The notes under the pieces are model-generated. The model saw only the letters and a list, made by a program, of their open reading frames with translations, ran no database searches and was not told the DNA's origin. 64,000 bases of DNA from Bacteroidales bacterium (GTDB lineage: Bacteria > Bacteroidota > Bacteroidia > Bacteroidales > Dysgonomonadaceae), in assembly GCA_012837345.1 (NCBI GenBank), contig DURL01000003.1:2954-66953 (forward strand). Reading direction: 5' to 3'. Shown here piece by piece: positions 61,801 to 64,000 of this stretch; positions within the stretch are counted from its first letter, which is position 1; each line of letters opens with the position of its first letter. The translations under genes and the position numbers were made by a program.

Positions 61801-63120
61801 GATCCCAACACCAAGATCGTGCTGCTGTCACACAACATCCCCTATGGCTCGAAGCTATTCTTCGGTGAAGGTGACAAGATACAGAAGGGCGATCTGATCT
61901 GCGAGTGGGACCCGTTCAATGCTGTGATCGTCTCGGAAGCAACGGGTAAGATCCGCTTCGAGAACTTCACCGAGAACATGACCTACAAGGTGGAATCGGA
62001 TGAGCAGACCGGCCTGAAGGAGAAGGTGATCATCGAATCACGCGACAAGACACGTGCTCCCTCTGCCCATATAGTGAATGAGAACGATGACATCCTCCGT
62101 ACCTATACCCTGCCCCTCGGCTCGCACATCGTGAAGAATGAGAACGACGAGATCAAGGCGGGTGATGTACTGGTGAAGATCCCCCGTGCCGTAGGCAAGG
62201 CAGGTGACATCACCGGGGGTCTGCCACGCGTCACCGAGCTGTTCGAAGCCCGTAACCCCTCCAACCCGGCGGTGGTTTCCGAGATCGACGGCGAGGTATC
62301 ATTCGGCAAGATCAAACGAGGCAATCAGGAGATCTCCGTTACCTCCAAGACAGGTGAACAGAAGAAATACATGGTACCTCTCTCCAAGCAGATCCTGGTA
62401 CAGGAGAACGACTATATCCGTGCCGGTATGCCCCTCTCCGACGGCGCCACGACACCGGCCGACATCCTCGCGATCATGGGGCCGACAGCCGTGCAGGAGT
62501 ACATCGTGAACGAAGTGCAGGATGTATACCGTCTGCAGGGCGTGAAGATCAACGACAAGCACTTTGAGGTGATCGTGCGTCAGATGATGCGCAAGGTGGA
62601 AGTGGTGGATCCGGGAGATACCCGCTTCCTCGAGCAGCAGCTGGTCGACAAGCATGAGATGATGGAAGAGAACGACCGCATCTGGGGCAAGAAGGTGATC
62701 GTCGATGCCGGCGACTCCCAGATCTTCGAGCCGGGACAGATCGTCACCGTGCGTAAGTTGCGCGACGAGAACAGCTCGCTGAAACGACGCGACCTGAAAC
62801 CGGTGGAGGCACGCGATGCCGTGCCGGCCACTGCCAACCAGGTGCTGCAGGGTATCACCCGTGCCGCGCTGCAGACCACCAGCTTCATGTCGGCCGCCTC
62901 ATTCCAGGAGACCACCAAGGTGCTGAACGACGCCGCCATCAACGGCAAGACCGACACACTGGAAGGGCTCAAGGAGAACGTGATCGTAGGTCACCTCATC
63001 CCTGCCGGTACCGGACAGCGTGAGTTTGAGAAGCTGATTGTCGGTTCACGGGAGGACTTTGAGAAGCTGAATGCCAGCAAGCGCAACAACCTGTTCCAGG
63101 AAGCCGCTGTTGAAGAATAA
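58834..63120 (+). CDS. rpoC: RNA polymerase beta-prime subunit
   Basis: Zn finger CHCGKYK...[30 protein letters not shown] and GHLIPAGTG. Confidence 0.99.
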   Translation: MAFRKDNKIKSSFSKITIGLASPEQILENSFGEVLKPETINYRTYKPERDGLFCERIFGPVKDYECHCGKYKRIRYKGIVCDRCGVEVTEKKVRRERTGHIHLVVPVAHIWYFRSLPNKIGYLLGIPTKKLDSIIYYERYVVIQAGALEEKVSERDLLTEEEYLDLLETLPRENQLLEESDPNKFIAKMGAEAILDLLERLNLDKLANQLRHRANTDTSQQRKNEALKQLQVVEAFRGSKNINKPEWMIMKVIPVIPPDLRPLVPLDGGRFATSDLNDLYRRVIIRNNRLKRLIDIKAPDVILRNEKRMLQEAVDSLFDNSRKSSAIKTESNRPLKSLSDSLKGKQGRFRQNLLGKRVDYSARSVIVVGPELKMHECGLPKDMAAELYKPFIIRKLIERGIVKTVKSAKKIVDRKEPVVYDILEHVMKGHPVMLNRAPTLHRLGIQAFQPKLIEGKAIQLHPLACTAFNADFDGDQMAVHLPLGNEAILEAQLLMLASHNILNPANGAPITVPSQDMVLGLYYITKIRPGAKGEGMTFYGEEEAIIAYNEKKVQLHALINVIVDDIDENGDPIRKMHETTVGRVIANEAIPKEVGYINELLSKKSLRDIIGKVIKTCGVARTAQYLDDIKDLGYTAAFKGGLSFNLEDVIIPEEKEKLIQDGYAEVEEIVENWKMGFITYNERYNQIIDTWTHINSKLSNILMKQLAEDDQGFNSVYMMLDSGARGSREQIRQLSGMRGLMAKPQKSGAEGAQIIENPILANFKEGLSVLEYFISTHGARKGLADTALKTADAGYLTRRLVDVSQDVIINEEDCGTLRGLAATAIKNNDEVIASLYERILGRVSVHDVQHPNTGEVLVNAGDEITEDIARKIDESPIERVEIRSVLTCESHQGVCAKCYGRNLATGRMVQKGEAVGVIAAQSIGEPGTQLTLRTFHVGGIASNIATENSIVTKYDGILEFDELRFVESTDTEGKSYKVVVSRLVDMRIVDPNTKIVLLSHNIPYGSKLFFGEGDKIQKGDLICEWDPFNAVIVSEATGKIRFENFTENMTYKVESDEQTGLKEKVIIESRDKTRAPSAHIVNENDDILRTYTLPLGSHIVKNENDEIKAGDVLVKIPRAVGKAGDITGGLPRVTELFEARNPSNPAVVSEIDGEVSFGKIKRGNQEISVTSKTGEQKKYMVPLSKQILVQENDYIRAGMPLSDGATTPADILAIMGPTAVQEYIVNEVQDVYRLQGVKINDKHFEVIVRQMMRKVEVVDPGDTRFLEQQLVDKHEMMEENDRIWGKKVIVDAGDSQIFEPGQIVTVRKLRDENSSLKRRDLKPVEARDAVPATANQVLQGITRAALQTTSFMSAASFQETTKVLNDAAINGKTDTLEGLKENVIVGHLIPAGTGQREFEKLIVGSREDFEKLNASKRNNLFQEAAVEE

Positions 63121-63143
63121 TAGCTTTTAAATAACTTTTTTTT

Positions 63144-63176
63144 AAACCCGTGTCGGATTGCCGGCACGGGTTTTTT
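63144..63176 (+). terminator. Intrinsic terminator after rpoC
   Basis: AAACCCGTGTCGG-ATTG-CCGGCACGGGTTTTTT. Confidence 0.9.
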
Positions 63177-63183
63177 GTTGTGC

Positions 63184-63307
63184 TATGCTCGTTTCATGCA
63201 TCCATAAACCTGCACGTTCGTTTTGCATGATAGAACAAAGCGTAACTTTAGATTTTCATGATATATCAAAGTACATCTTTAGATATTCATGAGAAATGCA
63301 TATCTTA
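63184..63307 (+). repeat. Degenerate tandem repeat with 31-bp period
   Basis: CATG at 63195, 63226, 63257 and 63288; CTTTAGATTTTCATGA (63246) and CTTTAGATATTCATGA (63277). Confidence 0.6.
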
Positions 63308-63317
63308 GTAAGGTTAA

Positions 63318-63887
63318 ATGCTAATATTCACGAAAATTGTAAATTACAACAACATTGCCACGGAATGCGGCATCAGTGCTCCGACTGTGAAGGAATATTT
63401 CTCCATTCTTGAAGAGACACTCATCGGATACATGATTCCGGCATTTACCCAAAAAGTAAAACGCAGGGTGATCCAGTCACCCAGGTTTTATTATTCCGAT
63501 GTGGGTATCGCCAATTTCCTGCTCCAAAGAACTGTGCTAAATCCGGGGTCACCGGAATTTGGGCACGCTTTCGAACACTTTATCTTACAGGAAATCATTG
63601 CCTACATCGGGTATTTCAGGCCGTTGTTAAGTTTGGCGTATTGGCGTACCACATCGGGTTACGAAGTAGATGCCATCATTGGCAATGCCGATTTTGCCAT
63701 TGAAGTTAAATCTTCCACCGAAGTACAATCACATCATACGAAAGGATTAAAAGCATTCTCGGAGGAATTTCCCGACGCCCGGCTCATCATCGTTTCATTG
63801 GATAAATATCCACGACGGACAAACAATGTGGATATCTATCCTGCCACACAATTCCTTTCAAAGATGTGGAACGGCGATTTCTTTTGA
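63318..63887 (+). pseudogene. 5'-truncated AAA+ ATPase/DUF4143 gene (C-terminal half only)
   Basis: IVNYNNIATECGISAPTVKEYF, FYYSDVG, FEHFI, YWRT..GYEVD and IEVKS are C-terminal motifs; no Walker A/B and no upstream room for them after the rpoC terminator. Confidence 0.7.
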
Positions 63888-64000
63888 TATTCCACCAGAT
63901 GATGCTTCGGCATATTATTTGTCAAATCCGCATTTTCAACTAATTTAGCGCCAAATAACAATCGAATGAAAGCTGCGCGCAATTCTCACCTCCCGGTGTG

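Noticed and set aside
55488-62972. Many 60-270 aa alternative-frame ORFs within rpoB/rpoC
   Set aside because: Fully overlapped by essential conserved genes, with no independent evidence.
63184-63307. Periodic repeats as a CRISPR array
   Set aside because: The period is only 31 bp, there are no unique spacers and there are no cas genes in the window.
63966-64000. ATG-initiated open frame (MKAARNSHLPV) at the window edge
   Set aside because: Eleven codons are too few to call a gene.

Overview
Chromosomal window from a Bacteroidales bacterium. Gene order, TAnnTTTG promoters and sequence style suggest a Dysgonomonadaceae/Petrimonas-Proteiniphilum-like organism (inference). Four blocks: (1) 1-26.1 kb, a complete arabinan polysaccharide-utilisation locus: surface GH43 endo-arabinanase (cut by the window edge and missed by the ORF track), SusD, SusC, a surface glycan-binding lipoprotein, a hybrid two-component system (HTCS), a second GH43, two GH51s, a GH97, araD-araA-araB and a GH127/GH146-type beta-L-arabinofuranosidase. 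(2) 27.4-29.6 kb, tRNA-Leu(CAA) followed by an AT-rich 2 kb islet with an internally deleted IS982-type element and an AbiEi/AbiEii type IV toxin-antitoxin pair, bounded by att-like and arm-like sequences but with no integrase. (3) 29.7-49.8 kb, housekeeping genes (eno, pepD, tatA/tatC, recN, T9SS-associated PorE, dnaK, rpsU, xerC, hpf). (4) 49.9-63.1 kb, tRNA cluster-tuf-secE-nusG-rplKAJL-rpoBC, then a 5'-truncated DUF4143 ATPase gene behind 31-bp-period repeats. The strongest signals read directly from the DNA: a TCYACC-N15-TCYACC direct-repeat operator placed exactly 24 nt before the promoter TTTG at three PUL promoters (a candidate HTCS regulon, with one copy apparently recently duplicated in front of the GH97); a separate palindromic operator over the ara operon promoter; the integrase-less defence islet; a sigma54-like dnaK promoter; a structured rpsU leader; and a compensatory A19-U56 elbow pair in tRNA-Gly. 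No system here can be called new without database searches.
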